Source: Chlorokybus atmophyticus
Taxonomy: Eukaryota; Plantae; Mesostigma and Chlorokybus algae
Direction: 5' to 3'
Assembly (NCBI GenBank): GCA_009103225.1
Contig: RHPI01003511.1
Coordinates: 1 to 64,000, forward strand
Length of the DNA: 64,000 bases
In this document: one piece after another, positions 1-11,900 of the stretch
Numbering within the stretch: position 1 is the stretch's first letter
Layout: every line of letters begins with the position of its first letter
Program-made: the position numbers and the translations under genes
The notes under the pieces: generated by a model
What the model saw: the letters and a program-made list of their open reading frames with translations, nothing else
Told to the model about the DNA's origin: nothing
Database searches by the model: none

Positions 1-1035
1 ACGATGCACTGTCAATGCCACATGCTAGGGTTCTTTTATCTTGCACATGCACAGCGTCAAGTATCTTGCACTTGACATACATTGTTGATACGACATGCAC
101 ACCCTCATGCACAACCTCCAGTGTCATGCACATGAACAGCATGACCAATTTCGCAAATGCACAGCCTATTTCTACTTGCGGGAGCTCACAAGTCGCAAAA
201 GAGAAGCTGCGGAGTCAAACGAACGGGTAATCTATGACCTAGTTTAATGTTTCCAGCGGTAATTAAGCAGTATGCTTGCAGATTGCCATGTTGGTCAGAG
301 TGAACCAAGAGCAGCGCGGCAGGCTGACTGTCTGCCTGGCGGAGTGCAACAAAGCGGAAGACGAGGTAAGCGTGTGTATGCTGATGGGCTAGTCCTCTGG
401 CAGCACGCCACTCTTACAGCATTACCAAATGCAGGTGGTCACTCTCAAAGCGACCATCAAGCGCATGCGCGTGCACGGCGAGGCGCTGACATTCAAGCTG
501 AAGGACGAAGTAGCCGCTGTACTGTCAGCGAGCGAGGCAGCGGATGAAGATGACTCCGGCGTTGAAGCAGAAGACTCGTCGGAGGAGGAACAGGAGGAGG
601 GGGTTTGAGGAGGAGTTCTGAGGCAGGCACCACGGGTTGACAAGCTGCGCATGAGTCAAGCAGCTAGACTCAATATTATAGGATAGTTTCATGCGCAAGT
701 CGGCTGCTCAGTTGTAAGTGGACATACTCTCACCACTGCCCGTACATTGTATATATTGTGGGCTTTTAGGTGCAAGACCAAACAATCAGTCCAAGGTTTG
801 TACAAGCTGCATGGCATGTTAGTGTTGGCTTACGGCAAGAATTGCCAACTTTTGTCAAATGGCAAGGGTCACATATTAACAGCAGTGTAACGGCAAAGAA
901 ACTGCCGGCTATGGCTGTCAGCTGTCCGTAACTACCGGTTAACGGCCGTCTGTGCACATCGACCAAAGGGTAACTGGTTGACAACTCTCGGCCGGTTAGT
1001 GCCACTGACAACCACTTTCGGCCCGCGGCCGTCTG
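1..1035 (+). mobile_element. Partial second copy (right arm) of the Plavaka-type DNA transposon at 2979-6153
   Basis: 1-1035 aligns colinearly with about 5001-6041 (same start acgatgcactgtcaatgccacatgctaggg, same end ttcggcccgcggccgtctg) with scattered substitutions and small indels. It stops at a single N (1036). Confidence 0.85.
165..608 (+). CDS. 3' exons of the transposon accessory gene (coiled-coil with acidic tail), open in this copy
   Basis: GT-AG exons 165-226, 282-365 and 435-608 splice in frame to AYFYLRELTSRKREAAESNER/IAMLVRVNQEQRGRLTVCLAECNKAEDE/VVTLKATIKRMRVHGEALTFKLKDEVAAVLSASEAADEDDSGVEAEDSSEEEQEEGV*. The 5' exon lies before the window. Confidence 0.65.
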
Positions 1036-1036
1036 N

Positions 1037-2978
1037 CCCTAACCCTAACCCTAACCCTAACCCTAACCCTAACCCTAACCCTAACCCTAACCCTAACCCT
1101 AACCCTAACCCTAACCCTAACCCTAACCCTAACCCTAACCCTAACCCTAACCCTAACCCTAACCCTAACCCTAACCCTAACCCTAACCCTAACCCTAACC
1201 CTAACCCTAACCCTAACCCTAACCCTAACCCTAACCCTAACCCTAACCCTAACCCTAACCCTAACCCTAACCCTAACCCTAACCCTAACCCTAACCCTAA
1301 CCCTAACCCTAACCCTAACCCTAACCCTAACCCTAACCCTAACCCTAACCCTAACCCTAACCCTAACCCTAACCCTAACCCTAACCCTAACCCTAACCCT
1401 AACCCTAACCCTAACCCTAACCCTAACCCTAACCCTAACCCTAACCCTAACCCTAACCCTAACCCTAACCCTAACCCTAACCCTAACCCTAACCCTAACC
1501 CTAACCCTAACCCTAACCCTAACCCTAACCCTAACCCTAACCCTAACCCTAACCCTAACCCTAACCCTAACCCTAACCCTAACCCTAACCCTAACCCTAA
1601 CCCTAACCCTAACCCTAACCCTAACCCTAACCCTAACCCTAACCCTAACCCTAACCCTAACCCTAACCCTAACCCTAACCCTAACCCTAACCCTAACCCT
1701 AACCCTAACCCTAACCCTAACCCTAACCCTAACCCTAACCCTAACCCTAACCCTAACCCTAACCCTAACCCTAACCCTAACCCTAACCCTAACCCTAACC
1801 CTAACCCTAACCCTAACCCTAACCCTAACCCTAACCCTAACCCTAACCCTAACCCTAACCCTAACCCTAACCCTAACCCTAACCCTAACCCTAACCCTAA
1901 CCCTAACCCTAACCCTAACCCTAACCCTAACCCTAACCCTAACCCTAACCCTAACCCTAACCCTAACCCTAACCCTAACCCTAACCCTAACCCTAACCCT
2001 AACCCTAACCCTAACCCTAACCCTAACCCTAACCCTAACCCTAACCCTAACCCTAACCCTAACCCTAACCCTAACCCTAACCCTAACCCTAACCCTAACC
2101 CTAACCCTAACCCTAACCCTAACCCTAACCCTAACCCTAACCCTAACCCTAACCCTAACCCTAACCCTAACCCTAACCCTAACCCTAACCCTAACCCTAA
2201 CCCTAACCCTAACCCTAACCCTAACCCTAACCCTAACCCTAACCCTAACCCTAACCCTAACCCTAACCCTAACCCTAACCCTAACCCTAACCCTAACCCT
2301 AACCCTAACCCTAACCCTAACCCTAACCCTAACCCTAACCCTAACCCTAACCCTAACCCTAACCCTAACCCTAACCCTAACCCTAACCCTAACCCTAACC
2401 CTAACCCTAACCCTAACCCTAACCCTAACCCTAACCCTAACCCTAACCCTAACCCTAACCCTAACCCTAACCCTAACCCTAACCCTAACCCTAACCCTAA
2501 CCCTAACCCTAACCCTAACCCTAACCCTAACCCTAACCCTAACCCTAACCCTAACCCTAACCCTAACCCTAACCCTAACCCTAACCCTAACCCTAACCCT
2601 AACCCTAACCCTAACCCTAACCCTAACCCTAACCCTAACCCTAACCCTAACCCTAACCCTAACCCTAACCCTAACCCTAACCCTAACCCTAACCCTAACC
2701 CTAACCCTAACCCTAACCCTAACCCTAACCCTAACCCTAACCCTAACCCTAACCCTAACCCTAACCCTAACCCTAACCCTAACCCTAACCCTAACCCTAA
2801 CCCTAACCCTAACCCTAACCCTAACCCTAACCCTAACCCTAACCCTAACCCTAACCCTAACCCTAACCCTAACCCTAACCCTAACCCTAACCCTAACCCT
2901 AACCCTAACCCTAACCCTAACCCTAACCCTAACCCTAACCCTAACCCTAACCCTAACCCTAACCCTAACCCTAACCCT
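1037..2978 (+). repeat. Telomeric array (CCCTAA)n = (TTAGGG)n, about 323 perfect units
   Basis: Uninterrupted CCCTAA repeat from just after the N at 1036 to 2978. C-rich strand on + is the orientation of a left chromosome end. Confidence 0.97.
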
Positions 2979-4380
2979 GGCGCGGGAAATACACGACGCT
3001 CGATGCCATTCGGGTCGATGAGCTGCAGACCTTCCTAACTCGCCCGCTTCACATCCCCTAACACTACATTCAAAGCGTCATAAAAAATCTCACGTTTTCG
3101 AATAGAGAACGATTCCTTGCCCTGCGCCCAGGTGGGATGCCCGACCACTGCGTGAACCACCGGCAGAAGCGCTATCATAACAACCCCCATGTTGCTAGCA
3201 TACATGTCCCAACTGTAGTTGGCAAGCGATGCCATTAGAGGGTAGCCAGAGCGCTTGCCCGCGCTGTTCAGCGTGGTCTTATCACTGTACAGAATGGCAG
3301 GCGCCAAGTAGGACGCTTCCCCCACCTCTCTCCTCAAATCCACCTCCACATCCTTCCACCAATCGCCCGTGGAAGGATGGCCAAAGCTGTGCTCGTCACC
3401 AGTGTACTAGAGATTGAAGCCATTGGCGGCATGTGGATTGCCGTGCAATCGCGCGAGCCATACCTGCTCCAACTTAGAGCATTACTTACTATGCTGGCCT
3501 CAGAATAGATACTGCATCGATACTGCAATAGGTACTGCATTTCACAGACCTTGGCCGGCATATATGTGACGAGATGGCCCGATCCTCAGGGTCTCCAGGC
3601 TTGCGCAGGTCAGCCGTCACGTAGTTCTGATACGGCAGCACACTCGCATGTGCATATGTGACATGGCTCTGATGGTTGAAGCACATGCACCGCACACCGT
3701 GAACACACCTCAGACTGAGANAAAATTGAGAGAAAGCAATCGTGGTCCGGAGGTAGCTGGCCACATGCACACCGGTCTCCCACTGGAGCTCTTCCGTCAG
3801 GAAGTGTGCATTTCGGATGCACTTGATGATCCGCCCCATGTCGGAGGCCAACAGGCCTTGGCCGTTGTTGCAATGCAGGAATGCCACTGCAAGAGCATGC
3901 TCCGAGCCATACCACCTGGACTCCGACGCGTGCGAAGGGACGCCTCCACTTCCATGTTGGCGTGCCACAGGTTTCTCAGGCACACGCACACATCGAAAGC
4001 CCTCGTTCACTTCCTCCTCCTCCTGTTGCTGATGTGCGTGTGTCTCCTGGAGGAATCTTTCAGCATCAAGCATGTGAGCATCCTGGATCGAACTCCCCGG
4101 TTCAACAAAACCCGCATTGTACTATAATGGACGCTGGCCGACATACAGCTTAATCTGCTTGCACACCCTGCTGCTAATAATATGCATGTAGACCGAGCTG
4201 CGTGTGGCAAAGCGCGTGTGGCAATACGGACAAAAGACTCCCATATCTCACTACTAACGTCGACACAGGTGTCGCCAATGTAACATGCATTATATCCAGC
4301 AACACGCACACCCGCCGCCGCCGCCGCCACCGCCACCGCCACCGCTACCCTTGTATGCCAGAGGCGGAAAACTTGGCCGC
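2979..4380 (-). pseudogene. Plavaka transposase pseudogene (PF18759-like), spliced, truncated by telomere
   Basis: Spliced translation gives HPSTGDWWKDVE...APAILYSDKTTLNSAGKRSGYPLMASLAN...IALLP...RKREIFYDALNVVL...KRAS*EGLQLIDPNGIERRVFP, matching Plavaka motifs (TGDWW, ILYSDKT, YP..GN, G..RR.FP). In-frame TAG stops (FNL*YTG; 3035-3037) and a frameshift near 3560. The start position is approximate. Confidence 0.8.
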
Positions 4381-4395
4381 CATTCACTGGCTCTG

Positions 4396-4445
4396 TCGTA
4401 CCATTATAATGGTACGATCGAGCCATTGCACGTCCAGGGTGAGTC

Positions 4446-4476
<31 letters not shown>

Positions 4477-4595
4477 TCTGATTGAACCGTTTCAATGGTA
4501 CGAAGATGCCTTTGCCAAAAGGTATAGGCATTGTGCAAAGGTACTATTGTAATGGTACCTTTGTACAATGGCAATGGCAGTTCGTACCATTGACA
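4396..4595. promoter_or_regulatory. Perfect 22-bp palindrome TCGTACCATTATAATGGTACGA plus further AATGGTAC/GTACCATT copies between the divergent element genes
   Basis: Palindrome at 4396-4417. More half-sites near 4495, 4551 and 4584, with an (AT)n tract at about 4450-4475. Confidence 0.5.
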
Positions 4596-4751
4596 ACTCT
4601 GGCAATGTCAGTCCCCCTGCGCATGAAAACACCATTGATAGCTCCGCCAAGCTATGCCCTTACAGGGGCGTGATGCCGAGGGTATGTGGCGTTTGGAGGA
4701 TCGTTGGCGGCGCTGCCAGGGGCGTAGTGGGCATTGTGGTCGAGGTCCGGG

Positions 4752-5611
4752 ATGAATTCCATGTTCGCACAGGGCGGGCAGGGTGCCGGAGGGGTGTCCT
4801 CGGTGTCAAACCCCACAAAGACTACCAAGGGCACATCCAATGACAACAGTGACTCGGGCGATATCTTACAGGGCTCCCCCTCCGAGTGGGCAAAGGCACA
4901 CCACAATACTGCCTCTAAGAAAATCCGACCCACCAGCAGCTGCGACCACGGCGACATGATTGAAGGGACCAAACAAGACTGGCATAACCAAGGTGGGTTA
5001 CGATGCACTGTCAATGCCACATGCTAGGGTTCTTTTATCTTGCACATGCACAGCCTCAAGTATCTTGCACTTGACATACATTGTCAATACCACATGCACA
5101 CCCTCATGCACAATTTCCAGTGTCATGCACATGAACAGCATGACCAATCTCGCAAATGCGCAGCCTATTTCTAATTGCGGGAGCTCACAAGTCGCAAAAC
5201 AGAAGCTGCGGAGTACCACGAACAGGTAATCCATGACCTAGTTTAATGTTTCCAGCGGTAATTAAGTAGTATGCTTGCAGATTGCCATGTTGGTCAGAGT
5301 GAACCGAGAGCAGCGCGGCAGGCTGACTGTCTGCCTGGCGGAGTGCAACAAAGCGGAAGACGAGGTAAGCGTGTGTATGCTGATGGGCTAGTCCTTTGGC
5401 AGCACGCCACTCTTACAGTATTACCAAATGCAGGTGGTCACTCTCAAAGCGACCATTAAGCGCATGCGCGTGCACGGCGAGGCGCTGACATTCAAGCTGA
5501 ACAACGGACGAAGTAGCCGCTGTACTGTCAGCGAGCGAGGCAGTGGATGAAGATGACTCCGGCGTTGAAGCAGAAGACTCGTCGGAGGAGGAACAGGAGG
5601 AGGGGGTTTGA
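4752..5611 (+). pseudogene. Accessory gene of the transposon, disrupted copy
   Basis: Same exon structure as 165-608, but with TAC>TAA at 5172-5174 and a 4-nt insertion near 5500 (aagctgaacaacggacg vs aagctgaaggacg). The first exon ends at ...DWHNQ G|gtgggt. Confidence 0.65.
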
Positions 5612-6159
5612 GGAGGAGTTCTGAGGCAGGCACCACGGGTTGACAAGCTGCGCATGAGTCCGACAGCTAGACTCAATGTTATAGGGTAGTTTCATGCGCA
5701 AGTCGGCTGCTGCTCAATTGCAAGTGGACATACTCTCACCACTGCCCGTAAATTGTATATATTGTGGGCTTTTAGGTGCAAGACCAAACAATCAGTCCAA
5801 GGTTTGTACAAGCTGCATGGCATGTTAGTGTTGGCTTACGGCAAGAATTGCCAACTTTTGTCAAACGGCAAGGGTCACATATTAACAGCAGTGTACCGGC
5901 AAAGAAACTGCCGGCTATTGCTGTCAGCTGTCCGTAACTACCGGCTAACGGCCGTCTGTGCACATCGACCAAAGGGTAACTGGTTGACAACTCTCGGCCG
6001 GTTAGTGCCACTGACAACCACTTTCGGCCCGCGGCCGTCTGCGTCAGTCCACTTAAGCCAACGGCAAACCCAACAGTCTAAAAGTAATATTTCAGGCAGG
6101 CTCAGGCAGGCTCAGGCACCAGTCAGTCCCTCAGTCCTTAGTCAGTCACCGTGTAAAAT

Positions 6160-6740
6160 TTGCGACGAATATGCATGTATGCATGTCTAACGGGGAAGTT
6201 TGCAGTAGTGTAGTGTGGTAGATAAACAAGCAATAAGTATAGCCGGTGGTGGTGCATGCTAGCGCGTTTGCAAGTTGGTTGGTGTGCTATTGTTGGGCAT
6301 TATGCATGTCTCCAACTTTCTTGCGCATACCTTGTATAGTAGACTGAGTGCTAGCCCGGTGATGAGTTATATGATGATCGTTACGTGCATGTCGGCGGGA
6401 TTTCTTGCACACCTTGCATGCGGACTTTGTGGCATACCCCTTTTGTACAGTGCTTGCGGAATGCATGCGGCATTGCACGCCCATTGTATGTACACATAAT
6501 GTGAGTGCGATGACTAACCGAGAAGGCGAGTGGAGTAGTGGAGGTAGTATAGCTCGGTGGTGGATTGCATAGCATATCGTTGTATGTGTGGATTATAAAT
6601 GCTACTGTGTGCATAGTTGTGAAAATGACACTCCTTGCATGCAGCATATAAGGCTAAAAATCTTTTGTGCACCCGTGTGGGCAGGTGAATACTATGCTTT
6701 CCAACATGCATGCTGGTGTGAACTAACGGGGTAGGGGTTG
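6160..6740 (+). repeat. Diverged copies of a dispersed repeat related to 47864-48072 and 61563-61765
   Basis: Shares motifs gcatg(t/g)ctaacgggga, tagcccggt and tgtgggcaggtga...caacatgcatg...ctaacgggg. Confidence 0.5.
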
Positions 6741-8126
6741 GTACCTTATGTTGATTATGAGCCGTCCGATGGTATAAAGGTATACATTGGCGTGCACAAA
6801 AGATGCAAGCTGCATCACGCGCATGCAACGCACACGTGTCACATACCAACACACCGCGACATCATGTCACTGCATATGCATATGACACCACCGGGCTATG
6901 CTATCCTACATACTCACTAAGCACAACACCAACTACCGCCACCCCGTTAGACATCATGCAATGCATGCATGGCAATTCACAACCTTTACCTGCACGCATG
7001 TGCAGCTACTTGGTCTTCCACATTGTTGCCTCAGCCAGCAGCATAAGTAGCACATGGACTCCCACTCCCACTCCCACTCTCCCGCTCTCTTTCGAGACGG
7101 CGGCGCCAACGGCGGAAGCGGACGCTGTGTTGGCGGCTGCGGCAGTGTAGTTGTGTGGGTGTGCTTGCATGCCGCTGGCATGCGTGTGAGTATGCTTGTG
7201 CAGATAGGCAGGGATGACAGTACGTAGCTTGGTGTGACAATGTTGCATACTAGTGTGTCATAACTTTCACCCACACTCTCACTCCCTCCTCTCCCTGTCA
7301 TTACATGGGCAGTAACAGTATAATGACACTGACGCAACACACACTACAGCAACGGCCTCAACGGCAACACACACAGTACCACGCTCCCACTGTGTCGGTT
7401 CCAATGTACAAGTTAGCGTTAGGCTTAGCAGAAGGCAGCAAGCAATAGCAATAGCGGCAAGACAAATACAATAGATGTGTTGGGCCCCCCACATCCAATA
7501 GCAGCAACAGTGTCAAGTGGTAGGAACAGAGGCTCACCTGCACGCAAAGCGCCACAGTGAGCAAGTTGCCAACGGGGCAACTTGACACTGTTGACGGCTG
7601 CCTACTTGTATGCCGCAACTTAGGGTTTCCTGCGCGCCACTAAGAAGTGCACGTGCATTTTGCTGAGTGTGATATGACATTGCATGTGTACAAACCATGC
7701 GGACGTGGGTGTTCATGCATCGTTTCATGCATTGTGTCACCATAGATACAACTCAATGCAGGCATGCATCGTCCCATACATTCAACCACAGGGCTATACT
7801 ACTACGTCTAGGCTATCAACTATAGCACCACCCCATGCATTGTGTGACACCTTACATACGACTGCGGTAGCACAGCTCGTGTATTGTACAGGTGATGACA
7901 ACTGCGTGCATGTTTTGCATGTCCAATGGGGTAGTGGTGGTGTTAGTAGTAGTGAAGTAGAGTAGAGGAGCTCTGTGGTAAACATGTTGATGGTAATGTT
8001 TGGTTGCATGCTGTGCATTAGTCACACTGCAGGCATGTCAAATGCATGCGCCATTGCACGCCACATTGCATGTACACTATCTCTTATACACAGTCAACAC
8101 GCACACATTTGCCCGCACTCGCGCGC

Positions 8127-8747
8127 TCAGTGCGCGCTGTCTGCGCAATGCTTCTCGTATGCAGCGGCATCAAGGAGGTCGTCGAGCTCCTTCTTGTTGC
8201 TGAGCTTCACTTTGACGAGCCAGCCGTCCTCAAACGGACCGGAATTGACCTGCGTTTGTTGTGTCGATGAGTAGGCTACAAAACGCCCGAGTCTGACTCT
8301 GATGCACCCGACTGCCCAGCATTTGCCATAAAGCTTGATGCACGTACAGTTGTTGCTATCAGGGGGAGCGGTCAGACAGGAAAGCACACGTGCAACCCTG
8401 TAGCTTACATTTGCGGGTGAGTCGGCGAGGGTGTTGTTGACCTCCGTGACGGTGCCTGTGACGGGTGAGTAGATGTCGCTGGCGGCCTTGACGCTCTCGA
8501 CAACGCCGAGAGTCTCGCCCTTCTTGAGCTCCGTGCCGACAGCGGGTGCGTCAACGAAGACGACGTCCCCGAGTGCCTCCTGGGCGAAGTCGCTGATGCC
8601 CACTACGCCCTCATCCCCGGACACCTTCACCCACTCGTGGCTGGGCAGGTACTTGCAGGACTGGTTCACCGTAGCGAACGGCCTCACCCCGACGCCTCCA
8701 GACAGCAGCCTCCCGGACAATGCACTGCACACGCTTCTCAGCGCCAT
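8127..8747 (-). CDS. GCSH: Glycine cleavage system H protein, mitochondrial
   Basis: Exons 8409-8747 and 8127-8249 with a GT-AG intron at 8250-8408. Transit-like MALRSVCSALSG, HEWVKV, GISDFAQEALGDVVFV, lipoyl-lysine motif GVVESVKAASDIYSPVTG, VNSGPFEDGWLVKV. (GCC)n lies immediately upstream of the ATG. Confidence 0.97.
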   Translation of the reverse strand: MALRSVCSALSGRLLSGGVGVRPFATVNQSCKYLPSHEWVKVSGDEGVVGISDFAQEALGDVVFVDAPAVGTELKKGETLGVVESVKAASDIYSPVTGTVTEVNNTLADSPANVSYRVARVLSCLTAPPDSNNCTCIKLYGKCWAVGCIRVRLGRFVAYSSTQQTQVNSGPFEDGWLVKVKLSNKKELDDLLDAAAYEKHCADSAH

Positions 8748-8748
8748 T

Positions 8749-8779
<31 letters not shown>

Positions 8780-8889
8780 ACCACCACAATGGGGTAGGTT
8801 AGGATGACATGTATGTGGCTCCCGCTGCCTCACTGTCTCTCTTCGCCGAGGCTTTGTTGCCGTTTTTCCCTTCGATTCGAATTTTGGGA

Positions 8890-8898
8890 TTAGGGTTT
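8890..8898 (-). promoter_or_regulatory. Telo-box (AAACCCTAA) in the GCSH/WDR44 divergent promoter
   Basis: TTAGGGTTT on + strand, within the about 240 bp between the two ATGs. Confidence 0.6.
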
Positions 8899-8989
8899 GC
8901 TGCGATCTCTGCCTTGCTGTTTCCCGCCAATCAGTTCGAGTTCACGACAACGACGGCGACGGCGAGGAGGAGTAGAAGGATCAGGGTGC

Positions 8990-11900
8990 ATGGATTTCGA
9001 TGGTGAGGAGGAGAATGAATCTCTAGAAGCGCACGACACGCTGGAGGAGCCCGCCGCCGCCTCCACAAGCGGTCAGTCAGGGCACCTCCTCTACGCCCGC
9101 AGCGGCTCAGGCTACTCGGGGTTGCGGGCAGGCTCTGCTCCCGCTCTCTCCTCAGGCCCCTGTTCGAAGTGCCCAACTTGAACAGCACCCTCGCCGCCGC
9201 CGAAGGATGGGCTTGAGGCCATCTCTCTCTGCCCCGAAGAACTCCCTGCCCCTGCCCCTGCCCCCAACGCCCACTTCCAAGTCCCAGCCACCCCCATGCA
9301 CCAAGCGCCGCCGCTGTCGTGCGCGATACCTCGCTCTAGAGAGTGACACAGCCTCCAGCAGCAGCGAGCAGCCGCTGGGCCTGTCGCAGAAGCGCAGATG
9401 GTGCACACCAGGTACATGCTTGCTGGAAAGCCTACTCCGTCGCCAAACAATGAGGATTGTCCGCAGCAGGGTTTTTGGTTCTTGCGCGGTCCAGCTTAGG
9501 TATTCTCCATGAGATGCACAGGCCTGGTCGCAGCATGCTTTCACAACCCTCACAATGCATGCATGCATGCATGCAGGGCGATGTCCGCTCTAACCGGTGC
9601 TGGCAACGAGCCGCTGTCTTTGCATTGGGATATTCACTTGCAGAAAGTCGCGCATGCGCGTGGATCAAGTGAGAGATTCAGTAGCGCAGACAGCAGTATC
9701 GGCGGGTGAAGGTACAACACTCACCACGCAGGTACTCCTTGACGTTAGACGCTTCTTGCGCATGATGGTGCTCTTTGGTATGAGGCCGATTGCGTTGACG
9801 TCTTCAGGACCGGGCGCTATTGCCACGGGTGTGCGTGGACGCTGGGTACCAAAGGCGGCGCAGACTTGCCTGCGGGAGACACGGCTGTGCAGTTGGGACA
9901 CCTCGAGCTATCCGAGTCCGAGTTGGAGGGCGGGTCCAGGTGTGCTCCACATGAAGGACTTGGACACCGGCAAGGAGTACACTTGAGACAAGGCAAGCCA
10001 CTCCAGTAGGGTCGACACTGGCAATCACCACACACACGAATGAGTATCTGCACTTCATTCAGGTGTTTTGGATAAATGACCTTGACACCGGGAAGTTCAT
10101 TGTTGACGAGGGGGCAAGGGGCGAAGAGTTCAACTGGGTCAAGGACTTGCAGACGGGACAGGAGATCTCCCTGAAAGAGTCTGAGCAGTCCCTTGGTCTC
10201 TCTCCAATACTGCAGGAGGTGGAGCGGAGAGAGCGGCTGCGCGATCATGGCTACCGGAGCGAAGGTGCGATGCGCAGCACATTCTCTTAAGAATGGACCA
10301 CTTGGTAACGCACTCAACATGAGGGCTGCTTTTTTTTGGGTATGCTGTCAGTTCATTGTATTTAGGGCGCGCGGTCGCTTGAACTCTGAATACACTGCGT
10401 GGCTGCTTTAGCAGCAGGTGCACGTTTCAAAGGTAGTGCCCATGCGAATGTGGTTGTCCTGCATGCTGCTTGGGTCGATCTCGACAGCAATGATGATGCC
10501 CAGTGCTACCCGTTATTGAAACCCGCAGTGCGACTCGCTAAACTGCTGATTCATTCCGTGTGGCCTTAGCAGAGCAACTCCAGCAGCATCAAAGTGTCTG
10601 TCAGAAAAGTAATCTCAAGGAGTTTACGAGTCTGCAACTGATGCAGGTGTGCACTGTCTTCTGTGCGCAAACCAGCAACACCATTTGCATGTGTGCCAGA
10701 GGCTCAGACACGTGATGCAGGAGTTGAAGGAACACACCGGCCCTGTGTGGACCGTGAAGCAGTTAAGATGGGCAGTGTTTAGCCAGTGCAGGGCAGGACT
10801 TTGTGGTGTGGGTGTGGTCCGTTGCGAATCGATCTCCTCTGTTGGGACGAGGATGCGCAGGCCACACAGAGGGGGGAAACTGCTAACCAGCAAAACTTTG
10901 TACAAACAGGATGGCTACTTGTGTTTTGGGTCGACTTGTTGGTATGCATTGCAGAGCTTCCTGAGTTCGCGCACAGTATGCATCTCACAAGAACATCCAT
11001 TGCATGCAGGGCAGTCCAGGAAGCAGTGAGCACTTGCAGTTTGCGTAAGAGCCTCATCGTGTTTAATTCGGCCTCAAAGCTGATGTGCTGGAGCTGCGCT
11101 GGTCCAAGACCAACTTCTTACTGTCTGCGTCGATGGACAAGACCGTGAGGCTATGACACGTATGCATCAATGAGTGTCTGCGCATCTTCACGCACAACGA
11201 CTTTGTCACGAAGCTCAACTTCAACCCAGTGCCTCGATGGCAAGGTGAACCCCTTGTGCGTGCGTGCGCATGTGCATGCGCGTGCCGGGCACGTCGATGA
11301 TGTGGTGCCTGTCATAATGAATTTTGCATATGGGTTGTGTACGAGCTTCATGCACTGTAAGACCTTTGGGTTTTGTGTTTGTTGCTGCTGACAGGTTGCG
11401 GTAGTTGGCACTTACAAAGGCCGGTTCTACGGTACCGAAGGCAACAAGTTCAAGTACGTCACGCAAATAGATGTTAGAAGTACTTGCAGGAAAAATGCTT
11501 GGGGCAAATAATTCACGGGCCTACAGGTGCTGATTTGTGCATGTCTGTGTGTCCTGCTTATGGCGGTGCAAGTACTGGCTAACCAGCATGCCTAACTGGT
11601 TTTGCAGGTTTGCAGTTCTTGCCTGGTGCAACAATGCCATCCAGTTGTTGGTCACCACTGCAGATTATGGATATACGATTGCCACACGCTGTGATGCAAC
11701 AATAAAGGTGCGGTAGGGCCGCACATGCATGTTAGGCCTGAGAGACTGACGAGGAGTGTTTCTTGCAGGCTTGCGCAATGTAGCTTCTCAGATACGAGCG
11801 TCTTTCAGCGCATTTGGCGATTATTACATCATCAGCGGGAGGGAGGACGAGCATTGTTACATATGGAGTACTGCTAATGCTTACGTCCCCAGCTCTATGA

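Larger units (their letters stand above)
2979..6153 (-). mobile_element. Truncated Plavaka-type (CMC/CACTA-related) DNA transposon with two divergent genes; left part replaced by telomere
   Basis: Plavaka-like transposase on - strand and accessory gene on + strand. GC-rich subterminal repeats (ccggc, cggccgtctg, caggctcagg, cagtc) at about 5880-6150. Candidate terminus reads 5'-CACGGTGACTGACTAAGG on - strand from 6153, and CAC starts are typical of CMC elements. The terminus is inferred because the other end is lost. Confidence 0.7.

Noticed and set aside
1037-2978. CRISPR-like or coding interpretation of the arrays in the window
   Set aside because: No unique spacers; these are simple repeats in a eukaryotic context.
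978-3038. 686-aa PNPNPN ORF
   Set aside because: Translation of the telomere repeat across an N; not a gene.
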